From Patescibacteria group bacterium (GTDB taxonomy: Bacteria; Patescibacteriota; Patescibacteriia; JBAZBY01): a stretch of DNA of 64,000 bases. The position numbers and the translations under genes are program-made. This document shows positions 1 to 9,201 of the stretch, one piece after another. Each line of letters begins with the position of its first letter. Within the stretch, counting starts at the first letter, position 1. The stretch lies in the NCBI GenBank assembly GCA_041671225.1, contig JBAZBY010000001.1, positions 494,940 through 558,939 on the forward strand, written 5' to 3'. The notes under the pieces were generated by a model. The model ran no database searches. It had not been told where the DNA came from and saw nothing but the letters and a program-made list of their open reading frames with translations.

Positions 1-804
1 ACGTTTGGTTTTTTTGGCATTGTTTTTGCCCAGTCGAGTGAAACAATCAATATCACCGCGATTGTTCCTGAACCAGAGCCTACTGAAGAACTCATCACGA
101 AGGTGATCTTTACGGGGATTGCGTATCCTGGTGAGCAGGTAACGCTGCAGCGAGCTGGCGTGACCATTGCGAGTGTGCCAGCCGACCCAACAGCTCATTT
201 TGACATCGGTTTTGAGACAGACCCGGGCAGTTACGCATTCACTGTCTATGCAACAGACGAAGAAGGACGAACATCTCCATCAATGTCTTTTAGCGTCACA
301 CTGACGGAAGGAGTGATATTAACGGTGAATGGTATCTTTCTCGGGCCAAGTATTGAAGTTGAACAACCGACGTATGCACTCAGTGACACTGTCGTTGTTT
401 TTGGACAAACAGCGCCATCAAGTCAGGTGACGCTTTTTGTGAGTTCTGATACGACACAGACGTATGATACTGTTTCTGATACCAATGGTTTATGGTCGCG
501 CTCACTGCTTGCAAATGACATTGGCACAGGAACGCATGAATCAAATGCAAAGGCTGAGAATCCTGATGCGCTTATTTCTGAGCTGAGTAAAACCGTAACC
601 TTTGCGGTTGAAGATGATGATCTTTGCAGCGGCAAGACGCGCGGTGATTTGAACTGTGATGGCAGCGTCAACCTCGTTGACTTTAGCATCCTTCTTTTTT
701 ATTGGCAGCAAACACATCCAGCAAACGAACGAGCAGATATTAATGATGACGGTATTGTGAATATTGTTGACTTTAGTATTATGCTCTTCTATTGGACTGG
801 TTAA
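1..804 (+). CDS. Secreted protein with C-terminal dockerin domain (5'-partial; frame open from nt 1)
   Basis: The reading frame is stop-free from position 1. The C-terminus carries two Ca-binding dockerin-type repeats, DLNCDGSVNLVDFSILLFYW and DINDDGIVNIVDFSIMLFYW. Confidence 0.75.
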   Translation, partial: TFGFFGIVFAQSSETINITAIVPEPEPTEELITKVIFTGIAYPGEQVTLQRAGVTIASVPADPTAHFDIGFETDPGSYAFTVYATDEEGRTSPSMSFSVTLTEGVILTVNGIFLGPSIEVEQPTYALSDTVVVFGQTAPSSQVTLFVSSDTTQTYDTVSDTNGLWSRSLLANDIGTGTHESNAKAENPDALISELSKTVTFAVEDDDLCSGKTRGDLNCDGSVNLVDFSILLFYWQQTHPANERADINDDGIVNIVDFSIMLFYWTG

Positions 805-805
805 C

Positions 806-1924
806 ATGAAGTATTTTTTTCTCACACTTTTTGTTATTTTTGGATTTTCTTTTGCATCGCATGCAAATGCTTCTGTTTTGAAAATACATCCCTCTGAGCA
901 GATTGTGCAGCCGGGGGATATCGTTATTGTTGATGTACAATTAGATAGCGAGGCGCAGACAATTAACGCGGTTGAAGGGTACATCACGTATTCACCAGAA
1001 ATTTTGCAACCGGTTGAGCTCTCACGCGGAGGCTCTTTTTTAACACTATGGCCTGAGGAACCGCAACAAAACGCCATTGGCTCTCTGCAGTTTTCAGGCG
1101 GCATTCCAGGCGGAACCATTGCATGGAATGGACTCGTGTTACGGTTGAGCTTTGAAGTTCTTGCGCCAGGTACTGCCGAAATTGCGTTCGTTGACGCACG
1201 GAGCGGTGCGTACCTCAATGATGGTCTTGGTACTGCAACACAACTCACAACGCAACGCGGTGTTGTCTTTGTGGAATCTCTTGCTGAAGATGCATTACAC
1301 ATTACCTCCGGCACGCATCCTGACCAGACAGCATGGTACCAAGAAGATGCCGTGGAGTTACAATTTCCGCTGCGTGAGAATGCCGATTATGCATATACGC
1401 TTTCCATAGACCCGCTTGCGCATCCGGCGGATATCCCACAGGAAACAACAGGAACAGTGCGCTATGGCAGCCTCGATGACGGTATCTGGTATTTTGCATT
1501 GCAAGAGCGTCGCGACGGAGAGGAGTGGGGTGCAGTGAATCACTTCCGAATAAAGATTGATAGCACACCCCCTGAACCATTTGAACCAGTCTTCACTCTT
1601 GAACAAGAAGGAAATAAAGGAACGCCTATACTCCTGTTTTCCGCGCACGATGCGCTCTCTGGGGTTGAACGGTATACTGTGCAAGAGGGAACACATACAA
1701 CCGAGGATGCAGCCAGTCCGTATGTTATCCGTGATCCCGATGCTCTCGACGATGTGGTGATTCGCGCGTATGACTACGCTGGCAATGTGCGCAAGGTAAC
1801 GTATCATGGACGTACCGGCACTGTGGTTGCAGAAAATAACAATCAGATTTTACTCCTGTCTATTATTGCCGGACTTCTGGTGCTTTCCCTTTTTCTCTTT
1901 ATGGTAGCCAAACGTAATGATTAA
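806..1924 (+). CDS. Cohesin-like domain protein, membrane anchored (scaffoldin-like)
   Basis: ATG at 806 sits immediately after the upstream stop. Signal peptide MKYFFLTLFVIFGFSFASHANA. Cohesin-like beta-sandwich signature INAVEGYITYSPEIL...GLVLRLSFEVLAPGTAEIAFVDARS...LNDGLGT. C-terminal TM helix ILLLSIIAGLLVLSLFLFMV. Confidence 0.7.
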   Translation: MKYFFLTLFVIFGFSFASHANASVLKIHPSEQIVQPGDIVIVDVQLDSEAQTINAVEGYITYSPEILQPVELSRGGSFLTLWPEEPQQNAIGSLQFSGGIPGGTIAWNGLVLRLSFEVLAPGTAEIAFVDARSGAYLNDGLGTATQLTTQRGVVFVESLAEDALHITSGTHPDQTAWYQEDAVELQFPLRENADYAYTLSIDPLAHPADIPQETTGTVRYGSLDDGIWYFALQERRDGEEWGAVNHFRIKIDSTPPEPFEPVFTLEQEGNKGTPILLFSAHDALSGVERYTVQEGTHTTEDAASPYVIRDPDALDDVVIRAYDYAGNVRKVTYHGRTGTVVAENNNQILLLSIIAGLLVLSLFLFMVAKRND

Positions 1925-3191
1925 ATTGCGAAATTCAACATTATCATTTCTTACAGCATTCGCTTTTCTTTTGGCGTTTCCTGCTTTTGCGCATGCATCA
2001 ACGTTGTTTTTTTCACCGAGTGCAGGGTCGTATCAAACGGGAGCTACCTTTAGCGTTGGCGTCTACGTCAATGCAGGCGCGACGCCCATCAATGCGGCAA
2101 ATGGTACGATTGGCGCGTCCAACCTTACGATAACGAGCGTACGCAAGGCATCATTGTTTAGCTTATGGCCGGTTGAGCCCGGAATGAGCGGCACTAGCGT
2201 CAGTTTTGCTGGCGGGCTTCCTTCACCAGGATATAGCGGAACCGCAGGACAGTTTCTTATACTTTCGGTTCGCGCAGGGAGCGTAGGGACGGCAACCCTT
2301 TCTTTCAGCGGGGCGAGTATTCTCGCAAATGACGGCCTTGGCACAAATGTGCTCAGTGGCACGGGCAGTGCAGCATTTACGATTACCGCAGTACCAGAAG
2401 CAGTACCGGGCATTCCCGGCGCTCCCACGGTTTCTTCACCAACGCATCCGGACCAAGAGCGTTGGTATGGCGATCCGAATCCGACCTTCACATGGAATCG
2501 CGGTTCTGACGTGGATGGCTTCAGCTACCTTTTTGATGACAATGCAGAGACGATACCAGAAACAACGCGCAGTGGAAACGATACAGAAGTTTCCTTTCAT
2601 GATCTTGCTGATGGTATTCATTATTTTCATATCCGCGCCCACACCGAAGCCGGTTGGGGAGCCACAACGCATTTTATTATCCGTATTGATAACACGCCGC
2701 CAGGCGCGCCAACAGTAACATTTGAAGATGACCTGCCGCTTGAACGTCCTTACGCGCTTCTCTATATCATAAGCGAGGATGCAACGTCCGGCATTGATCA
2801 TTTTGATGTCTTTCTTGATGATGGCGAGGTCGTTGTGTTGACTTCTGAAGAAGCCGCACAGTATGTGTTGCTTGATCTTTCTCTTGGCAAACATCGCTTG
2901 ATGGTACGCGCCATTGACCGCGCAGGAAAAATTGCGGAAATAACGATCTTTTTTGTTGTTCAGGAAGCTGGTGCGCCGGTTATTTGCGAAACACCGACGT
3001 GCCCAGCCGAGACGGTAACACTCTTTGGCGGACTTACCCTGCAACAGACCATAGTCAAAAATTGGCTTATTGCTTTCTGTTGTCTTTTTCTCTTATTATT
3101 GGTTGCTATTCTTACGCGCTTCAAACAAGAGACCGGTTCACTCCGGCATCTGGTATTTCCTGTTCGCAAGAAAACAGGAAAGCGTAAGTAA
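1917..3191 (+). CDS. Cohesin-like domain protein, paralog of the upstream gene, membrane anchored
   Basis: Signal peptide. Cohesin-like N-domain (PINAANGTIGASNLTITSV...FLILSVRAGSVGTATLSFSGASILANDGLGT). Shares THPDQxxWY and HFxIxIDxTPP motifs with the upstream paralog. C-terminal TM helix. Confidence 0.7.
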   Translation: MIKLRNSTLSFLTAFAFLLAFPAFAHASTLFFSPSAGSYQTGATFSVGVYVNAGATPINAANGTIGASNLTITSVRKASLFSLWPVEPGMSGTSVSFAGGLPSPGYSGTAGQFLILSVRAGSVGTATLSFSGASILANDGLGTNVLSGTGSAAFTITAVPEAVPGIPGAPTVSSPTHPDQERWYGDPNPTFTWNRGSDVDGFSYLFDDNAETIPETTRSGNDTEVSFHDLADGIHYFHIRAHTEAGWGATTHFIIRIDNTPPGAPTVTFEDDLPLERPYALLYIISEDATSGIDHFDVFLDDGEVVVLTSEEAAQYVLLDLSLGKHRLMVRAIDRAGKIAEITIFFVVQEAGAPVICETPTCPAETVTLFGGLTLQQTIVKNWLIAFCCLFLLLLVAILTRFKQETGSLRHLVFPVRKKTGKRK

Positions 3192-3192
3192 T

Positions 3193-3966
3193 TTAAAACC
3201 AGCGTAACTTAAGTGCCCCGGCAGTGGAATCGATGGGGTTGATAAATGCTGGTGGTAAACAAGAACCTACGGGAGTGCCTGGGTTTGACGAACTAACGCC
3301 GAGGTAATATGCGCAACCGTTTTTATCATTTCCACAATTTGAAGGAAGAAACAAACCGCCTGGACATTCACTATCTGTAAAACTTTGGCAACCTGACTTA
3401 AACCACGCGAAATATGCACCAGGCACAACGGTATGACCCCAAAATGTACCACCGGGACTGTGCGATATATAGATGAAACTTGGATAGCCACTCGTAAATT
3501 TTTTCGTTACAGGTGAGAGGATGGGGTTGGTTTGAATGTTGCGGTTGATATATGGAAGCATTTTTGTCGCAATAGCACTGTCCCCACTTTGTGTTGGTCC
3601 CGCACCACTACAAGGAGCTGCCGATGATTCACCGATTCGGCAGTAGCTATTAGCACCAAGACCGACTCTTCCCGCCCCGAGACAGGTATGTTCTGGAAAT
3701 CCAGGGCCGTAACTAAAACATGTTGGGGCTTGTCCCATACAGTGACTGGTAGGAAGTGCTCCATTATTATCATCTGCAAACACCATAAGCGCATTCATCA
3801 GTGAACGTGCGTCGGTAGACGCCTTTGCATTTAATGCTTTCTCTCGCCCGCCATTCAGTTGTACCAGCCCGATCGTTGAAAGAATTCCAATGATTGCAAT
3901 AACGATCAGCAGCTCAATGAGGGTAAAGCCTTTTTTGTTTTCAGGATTTTTTTCGTCCTTTTCCAT
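3193..3966 (-). CDS. Type IV pilin-like / pseudopilin (class III signal peptide)
   Basis: An internal Met gives MEKDEKNPENKKGFTLIELLIVIAIIGILSTIG, the canonical prepilin N-terminus (G-F-T-L-I-E plus hydrophobic helix). The longer ORF upstream of this Met is Arg/Cys-rich and looks non-coding. Confidence 0.7.
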   Translation of the reverse strand: MEKDEKNPENKKGFTLIELLIVIAIIGILSTIGLVQLNGGREKALNAKASTDARSLMNALMVFADDNNGALPTSHCMGQAPTCFSYGPGFPEHTCLGAGRVGLGANSYCRIGESSAAPCSGAGPTQSGDSAIATKMLPYINRNIQTNPILSPVTKKFTSGYPSFIYISHSPGGTFWGHTVVPGAYFAWFKSGCQSFTDSECPGGLFLPSNCGNDKNGCAYYLGVSSSNPGTPVGSCLPPAFINPIDSTAGALKLRWF

Positions 3967-4912
3967 GGTGCGTTTTATAGATATCCTTAAGGCCTTTGTT
4001 CGTGACGTGCGTGTATATTTGGGTTGTGGTGATCGATGCATGGCCGAGCAGCGCCTGCACAGAGCGGATGTCCGCTCCGCTGCCGAGCATGTCGGTCGCA
4101 TATGAGTGGCGCAGCGTGTGAGGCGTTACTGGTTTGGTGATGCCGGCAATTTTTGCGTAGTGTTGCACAATGCGTTGCACAGAACGAGACGTGAGCGCCT
4201 CTCCGGCAGAGCCGGATCCCGCTCCGCGGGGGGCTTCACTACTTTTTTTTGCGCGGTCGTGTCGCACAAACAACGAGGGGTTCAGATCATGGCGTGCATC
4301 TTTATACGCCTTCAGCGCTGCGCGTGCGGCATCAGAGAGAAACACAAGACGAAGTTTACCACCCTTACCGCGCACTGTGAATTCATCCTTTTTAAGATTT
4401 ACTTGCTCTTGCGTGAGATTCGCGAGTTCAGAAACACGCAAGCCCGTTGAAAAGAGCGTTTCAAGAATTGCTGTATCGCGATGTTTGACGATTTCGTCCG
4501 CGTCACTTTTTTCAGGCGCAGAAAGAAGCGCTTCAACCTCCTCTTCATCCAAGAAGCTCACTTCCCGTTGTTGTTGTTTTGCCAGCTCGATTTTTTCAGG
4601 CGCAAGCGATAGAATGTCCTGTTTTGAGAGGTATTTCAAGAATGACCTGAGCGCAATAAGGTGGTAGTTGATGGTTGATGCTTTGAGCGGTTCGCCTTTT
4701 GGCCCCTCTCTCCGGTTCAACATGAGCCGAAAACGTTTCACTTTTGGAAGCGTGATATCTTCTGGTTTTTTGATCTCACTTTCAGAAAGAAAACGAGTGA
4801 GGTAAAAATCGTAATTTTTGATCGTTTTTTGGGATGCCCCATGTTCAATCTCTAGATACTCCAAAAAATCGGTTTGAAGTTTCTGAGCAGTATTACCCCC
4901 CTTTTGTGGCAT
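3941..4912 (-). CDS. Tyrosine site-specific recombinase, XerC/XerD family
   Basis: C-terminal catalytic region HTLRHSYATDMLGSGADIRSVQALLGHASITTTQIYTHV (R-H-R-Y signature) and an N-terminal SAM-like core-binding domain. Confidence 0.85.
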   Translation of the reverse strand: MPQKGGNTAQKLQTDFLEYLEIEHGASQKTIKNYDFYLTRFLSESEIKKPEDITLPKVKRFRLMLNRREGPKGEPLKASTINYHLIALRSFLKYLSKQDILSLAPEKIELAKQQQREVSFLDEEEVEALLSAPEKSDADEIVKHRDTAILETLFSTGLRVSELANLTQEQVNLKKDEFTVRGKGGKLRLVFLSDAARAALKAYKDARHDLNPSLFVRHDRAKKSSEAPRGAGSGSAGEALTSRSVQRIVQHYAKIAGITKPVTPHTLRHSYATDMLGSGADIRSVQALLGHASITTTQIYTHVTNKGLKDIYKTHHGKGRKKS

Positions 4913-5105
4913 ATACCGTATTGTACGACACTTGCGTTCTTTTGCACACTATACCGCCCAAGCATTGACATGGTATACTCGTTGTGGTAGTTTATTTTGG
5001 TTCAGTTTTTAATGTTTATCATTTATTTCCCCGACATCGCTTGGTGAGGCGCGTCCCGAGAGGCCACGTCCACTCAGCAATGCCGAACGTATTTAAGGAG
5101 GAAAC

Positions 5106-5375
5106 ATGCCTCTCTCAAAAGAGAAAAAGGACAAGATCATCAAGAAGTTTAAAACGCATGAAAGCGACACGGGTTCTTCTGTGGTGCAGATTGCTATTTT
5201 GTCCAAAGAAATCGAGGAGATTACAAAGCATCTCCAAGAGCATAAGAAGGATTTTTCAACCCGCCGCGGATTACTCCGCAAGGTTGGCCAGCGTAAGCGC
5301 TTGCTCGGCTACCTTGAGCGTGATAACCACAAGGCATTTGTGAAGCTCGTAAAGGATTTGAAGCTCAATGTCTAA
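5106..5375 (+). CDS. rpsO: 30S ribosomal protein S15
   Basis: 89 aa, MPLSKEKKDKIIKKFKTHESDTGSSVVQIAILS...LLGYLERD. SD AAGGAGG at 5095-5101. Confidence 0.95.
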   Translation: MPLSKEKKDKIIKKFKTHESDTGSSVVQIAILSKEIEEITKHLQEHKKDFSTRRGLLRKVGQRKRLLGYLERDNHKAFVKLVKDLKLNV

Positions 5376-5988
5376 CATGATCAAACACAAAGAACAGCGC
5401 ATCGGCATTTTTGTTGATGTCGCAAATATGTATTACTCCGCAAAGAACCTTTATCAAACAAAGGTGAACTTTGGTGAAGTTTTGAAACTCGCTGTTTCAG
5501 ATCGTCGATTGCTTCGCGCAATCGCCTATGTCGTTCGCGCGGACAGTCCCGAAGAGCAAGGCTTTTTTGATGCGTTGGAGAATCAGGGATTTGAAGTTCG
5601 TAGCAAAGACCTTCAAGTTTTTTATGGTGGCCAAAAAAAAGGCGACTGGGATGTTGGAATTGCTATTGACGCAATTACACTCGCGGAACGCCTGGATGTC
5701 GTTGTGATTGTTTCAGGCGACGGAGATTATGTGCCACTCATTGAGTACTTGCGGTACAATAAGGGTTGCCGCGTGGAGGCAATGGGCTTTGGACGTTCCT
5801 CATCCAGCAAACTCAAAGAGACTGCGGATGAATTTATTGATCTTGCTGATTTTCAAGACAAGGTATTGCTTGGTAATCGAGGTTCACGCATCACGCGATT
5901 GATTCGTCCACGCGGAGGTCGCGAACAAGATAACGCACCAAGGCACCCACAGAAGGATATAAAGAAGAATGGACGACCATCCTCCTAG
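5368..5988 (+). CDS. NYN-domain (LabA/YacP-like) putative RNase
   Basis: IGIFVDVANMYYSA...VVIVSGDGDYVPLIEYL motifs of the NYN/PIN-like fold. Overlaps the rpsO stop by 8 nt. Confidence 0.75.
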   Translation: MSNMIKHKEQRIGIFVDVANMYYSAKNLYQTKVNFGEVLKLAVSDRRLLRAIAYVVRADSPEEQGFFDALENQGFEVRSKDLQVFYGGQKKGDWDVGIAIDAITLAERLDVVVIVSGDGDYVPLIEYLRYNKGCRVEAMGFGRSSSSKLKETADEFIDLADFQDKVLLGNRGSRITRLIRPRGGREQDNAPRHPQKDIKKNGRPSS

Positions 5989-6087
5989 GACACCGCGCAG
6001 AGGAAAGCAACTCGAAGCAATTGGAACCCTATCGATCATCGTCGGTTTGATTTTGGTTGCTTGGGGGATTTTTTCGCTCATGACGGG

Positions 6088-6116
6088 TTGACAATACATA
6101 CTTGGTCGCGTATAGT
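6088..6116 (+). promoter_or_regulatory. Sigma70-like promoter upstream of pnp (TTGACA-17-TATAGT)
   Basis: TTGACA at 6088-6093, 17-nt spacer, TATAGT at 6111-6116. Confidence 0.5.
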
Positions 6117-6230
6117 GTGACCGCGTTCTTTATGACTACATTACATTATTAATTCCTTGCCTTTCGCCGGAAGACAGGTAGGCTCACCTCATTTGTGGAG
6201 AACACCAACGAGGAAGTCTAAAGTCTACTG

Positions 6231-8501
6231 GTGAAGGAAGGATCTGAAAGGTATTCTATGGAATCCTTTACCACTGAAGTTGGTGGGCGTACGCTCACCA
6301 TCCAGGCCGGCAAATATGCTGGTCAGGCAAATGCTGCCGTTACCGTGCAATACGGTGAAACGGTTGTTTTAGCAACTGCTGTTATGAGCAGCGAAGTCCG
6401 CGAGGGAATGGAATATTTCCCCCTTATGGTGGATTATGAGGAGCGGCTCTATGCTGCGGGGAAGATCAAAGGCTCTCGCTTTATCAAACGCGAAGGCCGG
6501 CCTTCTGATGAAGCAATTCTCACTGGCCGAATCGTTGATCGTTCCGTGCGTCCGTTGTTTGATCAAAGTGCACGCAATGATGTGCAGGTTGTCATCACCG
6601 TTCTCTCTGTTGATCAGGAGAACGATCCGGATGTACTCTCTGTCATTGCTGCATCCACTGCACTTGCTGTTTCTGATATCCCATGGAACGGTCCGCTCTC
6701 TGCGGTTCGCGTGAGCCGCTTGAACGATGCATGGGTCGTGAATCCAACCTACGCCCAGCGCGCGGAAAGTCAGCTTGACTTGCTCGTGTGTGGAACGGAT
6801 GAAAAAGTCATCATGATCGAGAGCGAAGGAAAGCAGGCACCGGAAGATATCGCTCTGCAGGGTATTGAAGAAGCACTGAAGCATATTGCCCCTTCATATA
6901 AACTCATTCAGGAAGTAACAAAGAAGATCGGCAAAGAGAAGAGTACCTTCACCACCACGGAACAGGATGAGAATCCTGAAGAGCGAGAAGCGCATGAGTA
7001 CACGCAGAATAAGGTGAAAGAAATGGTGGGCGAACGTTTGAAGGATATTCTTGCCATTACTGATCCCGCAAAAGGGAAAGAAGCCATCAAAGCTCTGGAA
7101 GCAGAAGTTGAAGCAACACTAAAAGCAGACAATAAAGTCAGCAAAGATCTTCGCGTCATGGGTATTGCGCTCATCGGCAAGCACCTGGACGAAGCAACAG
7201 TAAAACTCACCCTTGAAGAAGGAAAGCGCGTTGACGGTCGTGCATTAGACGAGGTGCGACCATTGACCGTTGAGGTTGGTTTATTGCCTCGTACGCATGG
7301 TACGGGACTCTTTCAGCGCGGTGAAACACAGGTCCTCTCCGTTGTAACACTTGGCTCTCCAGGCGATGAGCAAACGCTTGATTCAATGGAAGAAAGTGGC
7401 ACGAAGCGTTACATGCATCATTACAACTTCCCAGGATTCTGTGTTGGTGAAGCAAAGCCATTGCGCGGTCCGGGACGTCGGGATATCGGTCATGGCGCGC
7501 TTGCAGAAAAGGCACTCGTTCCAGTACTGCCAAGCAAAGAAGATTTTCCCTATACGGTTCGTGTTGTATCTGAAGTCCTTTCATCAAATGGATCGTCTTC
7601 TCAGGCCTCTATTTGCGGCTCAACGCTTGCATTAATGGATGCTGGCGTACCGATCACCGCACCGGTCGCGGGTATTGCCATGGGACTTGTCATGGATGAA
7701 GAAACAGGGAAATACCGGGTTTTGACTGATATTCAGGGTATTGAAGATCACTCAGGAATGGACTTTAAGGTTGCGGGAACCGCAGAGGGTATCACGGCGA
7801 TTCAACTGGATATCAAAGTTTCCGGGCTCACGCTTGCAATTTGTAAGGAAGCCTTGGAAGGCGCAAAGAAAGCGCGTCTTACCATTCTCGACACAATGGC
7901 AAAGGTCATCAAAGAGCCGCGCAAAGAACTTTCAAAGTACGCACCGCGTATCAGCACTATCAAGGTTGATCCTGAAAAGGTACGCGAAGTCATTGGTCGC
8001 GGCGGTGAAGTCATCAATAAGATTATTGAAGACTGCGGCGGTAAGGATGTCACCAAAATTGATATTGATGACGAAGGTTTGGTTGTCATCACATCAATGG
8101 ATGCGGCGATGGCAGAGAAAGCAAAGAAGATTATTGAAAGCATCACAAAGGAAGTTGAAGTCGGAGAAGTCTATGAAGGGACTGTTACGCGTATCGTGAC
8201 CGATGCAAACAGCGGAGGCGAGATCGGCGCCATTGTAGAAATTGCGCCAGGCAAAGACGGCATGGTGCACATCTCAGAAGTTCGCCCGGAGCGCATTGAA
8301 AAGATCTCTGATTACCTGAAGGTTGGCGATACCGTCAGAGTAAAGGTCATGGAAGTTGATAAAGAGCGTGGTCGCACGGGTCTTTCTGTTCGCGCGCTTA
8401 CTGATCCAAATTACGAAGAGCATAAAAAGGAACGACGTAGTCCTCGTCCAGGTGGTAATGACCGTCGCGGCGGTGGACGTCCGTTCCGTCCACGACGCTA
8501 A
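6231..8501 (+). CDS. pnp: Polynucleotide phosphorylase (polyribonucleotide nucleotidyltransferase)
   Basis: Two RNase PH domains, KH and S1 domains (GRGGEVINKIIE; EGTVTRIV...GLSVR). The start may be GTG at 6231 or ATG at 6258. Confidence 0.95.
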   Translation: MKEGSERYSMESFTTEVGGRTLTIQAGKYAGQANAAVTVQYGETVVLATAVMSSEVREGMEYFPLMVDYEERLYAAGKIKGSRFIKREGRPSDEAILTGRIVDRSVRPLFDQSARNDVQVVITVLSVDQENDPDVLSVIAASTALAVSDIPWNGPLSAVRVSRLNDAWVVNPTYAQRAESQLDLLVCGTDEKVIMIESEGKQAPEDIALQGIEEALKHIAPSYKLIQEVTKKIGKEKSTFTTTEQDENPEEREAHEYTQNKVKEMVGERLKDILAITDPAKGKEAIKALEAEVEATLKADNKVSKDLRVMGIALIGKHLDEATVKLTLEEGKRVDGRALDEVRPLTVEVGLLPRTHGTGLFQRGETQVLSVVTLGSPGDEQTLDSMEESGTKRYMHHYNFPGFCVGEAKPLRGPGRRDIGHGALAEKALVPVLPSKEDFPYTVRVVSEVLSSNGSSSQASICGSTLALMDAGVPITAPVAGIAMGLVMDEETGKYRVLTDIQGIEDHSGMDFKVAGTAEGITAIQLDIKVSGLTLAICKEALEGAKKARLTILDTMAKVIKEPRKELSKYAPRISTIKVDPEKVREVIGRGGEVINKIIEDCGGKDVTKIDIDDEGLVVITSMDAAMAEKAKKIIESITKEVEVGEVYEGTVTRIVTDANSGGEIGAIVEIAPGKDGMVHISEVRPERIEKISDYLKVGDTVRVKVMEVDKERGRTGLSVRALTDPNYEEHKKERRSPRPGGNDRRGGGRPFRPRR

Positions 8502-8515
8502 ATGAATGAGGGAAA

Positions 8516-8545
8516 GGAAAGTCCGCAAGGGCTTTCCTCTTCATT
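8516..8545 (+). terminator. Hairpin (GGAAAGTCC-GCAA-GGGCTTTCC) plus T-rich tail between pnp and cmk; possible terminator/attenuator
   Basis: 9-bp stem with GCAA tetraloop followed by TCTTCATT. Confidence 0.35.
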
Positions 8546-9142
8546 ATGATAATTACGATATCAGGCAAACCCGGTTCAGGAAAAAGCACGATCGGCAAAA
8601 GACTTGCGGAAGCGCTTGGGTATGAACGTCATTATATGGGTGGCTTGCGGCGCAAAATGGCCGCGGAGCGTGGCATGACGCTCGCTGAATTCAACAAGCT
8701 CGGTGAGAGCGAGGAGTTCACTGATCGGGATGTCGATGAAGAGGCCGCAAGGCTTGGCGCAACGACTGACAATTTTGTTATTGAGGGACGAACAATGTTT
8801 AAGTTCATCCCGCATGGCATTCATATTTTTCTTGATGTAGAACCAGAGGAGGGTGCACGGCGTATTCTACAGCATCTCAAGGAAGATACGGATAATAGCC
8901 GTAATGAGGATAAGGATCTCAATACTGTTGAGGATGTACTGCGTTCCACTCATGAGCGCATGAAGAGTGACCAGCTCCGCTATGAGAAATACTATAATCT
9001 TGATGTCTTTGATCCAAAGCACTACGATCTCGTTGTTGATACCACGCATCTCGCTCCGGATCAGGTTTTTGCAAAGATTATAAGCTTCTTGGACGAGAAA
9101 AAAGACAAGAGTGTAGCGGAAAATAAAGGGAAAACTTCATAG
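8546..9142 (+). CDS. cmk: Cytidylate kinase (short form)
   Basis: P-loop ITISGKPGSGKSTIGKRLAEALGY; NMP-kinase fold. Confidence 0.8.
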   Translation: MIITISGKPGSGKSTIGKRLAEALGYERHYMGGLRRKMAAERGMTLAEFNKLGESEEFTDRDVDEEAARLGATTDNFVIEGRTMFKFIPHGIHIFLDVEPEEGARRILQHLKEDTDNSRNEDKDLNTVEDVLRSTHERMKSDQLRYEKYYNLDVFDPKHYDLVVDTTHLAPDQVFAKIISFLDEKKDKSVAENKGKTS

Positions 9143-9166
9143 AAGGGGTTTCCACAGCCCATTGGT

Positions 9167-9195
9167 TTGACTTGCTGTCAAATCCGTGCTATACT
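9167..9195 (+). promoter_or_regulatory. Sigma70-like promoter (TTGACT-17-TATACT) driving an ORF-free transcript
   Basis: TTGACT 9167-9172, spacer 17, TATACT 9190-9195. Confidence 0.5.
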
Positions 9196-9201
9196 CTTGC
9201 C

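Noticed and set aside
541-1314. 257-aa minus-strand ORF
   Set aside because: Antisense to the dockerin and cohesin genes. Cys/Ser-rich nonsense with no motif.
2436-3044. 202-aa minus-strand ORF
   Set aside because: Antisense within the second cohesin-like gene. Basic, low-complexity translation.
3267-3794. 74- and 95-aa minus-strand ORFs inside the pilin gene region
   Set aside because: Alternative frames of the type IV pilin gene; no motifs.
4106-4667. 114- and 165-aa plus-strand ORFs
   Set aside because: Antisense to the Xer recombinase gene, which has clear catalytic motifs.
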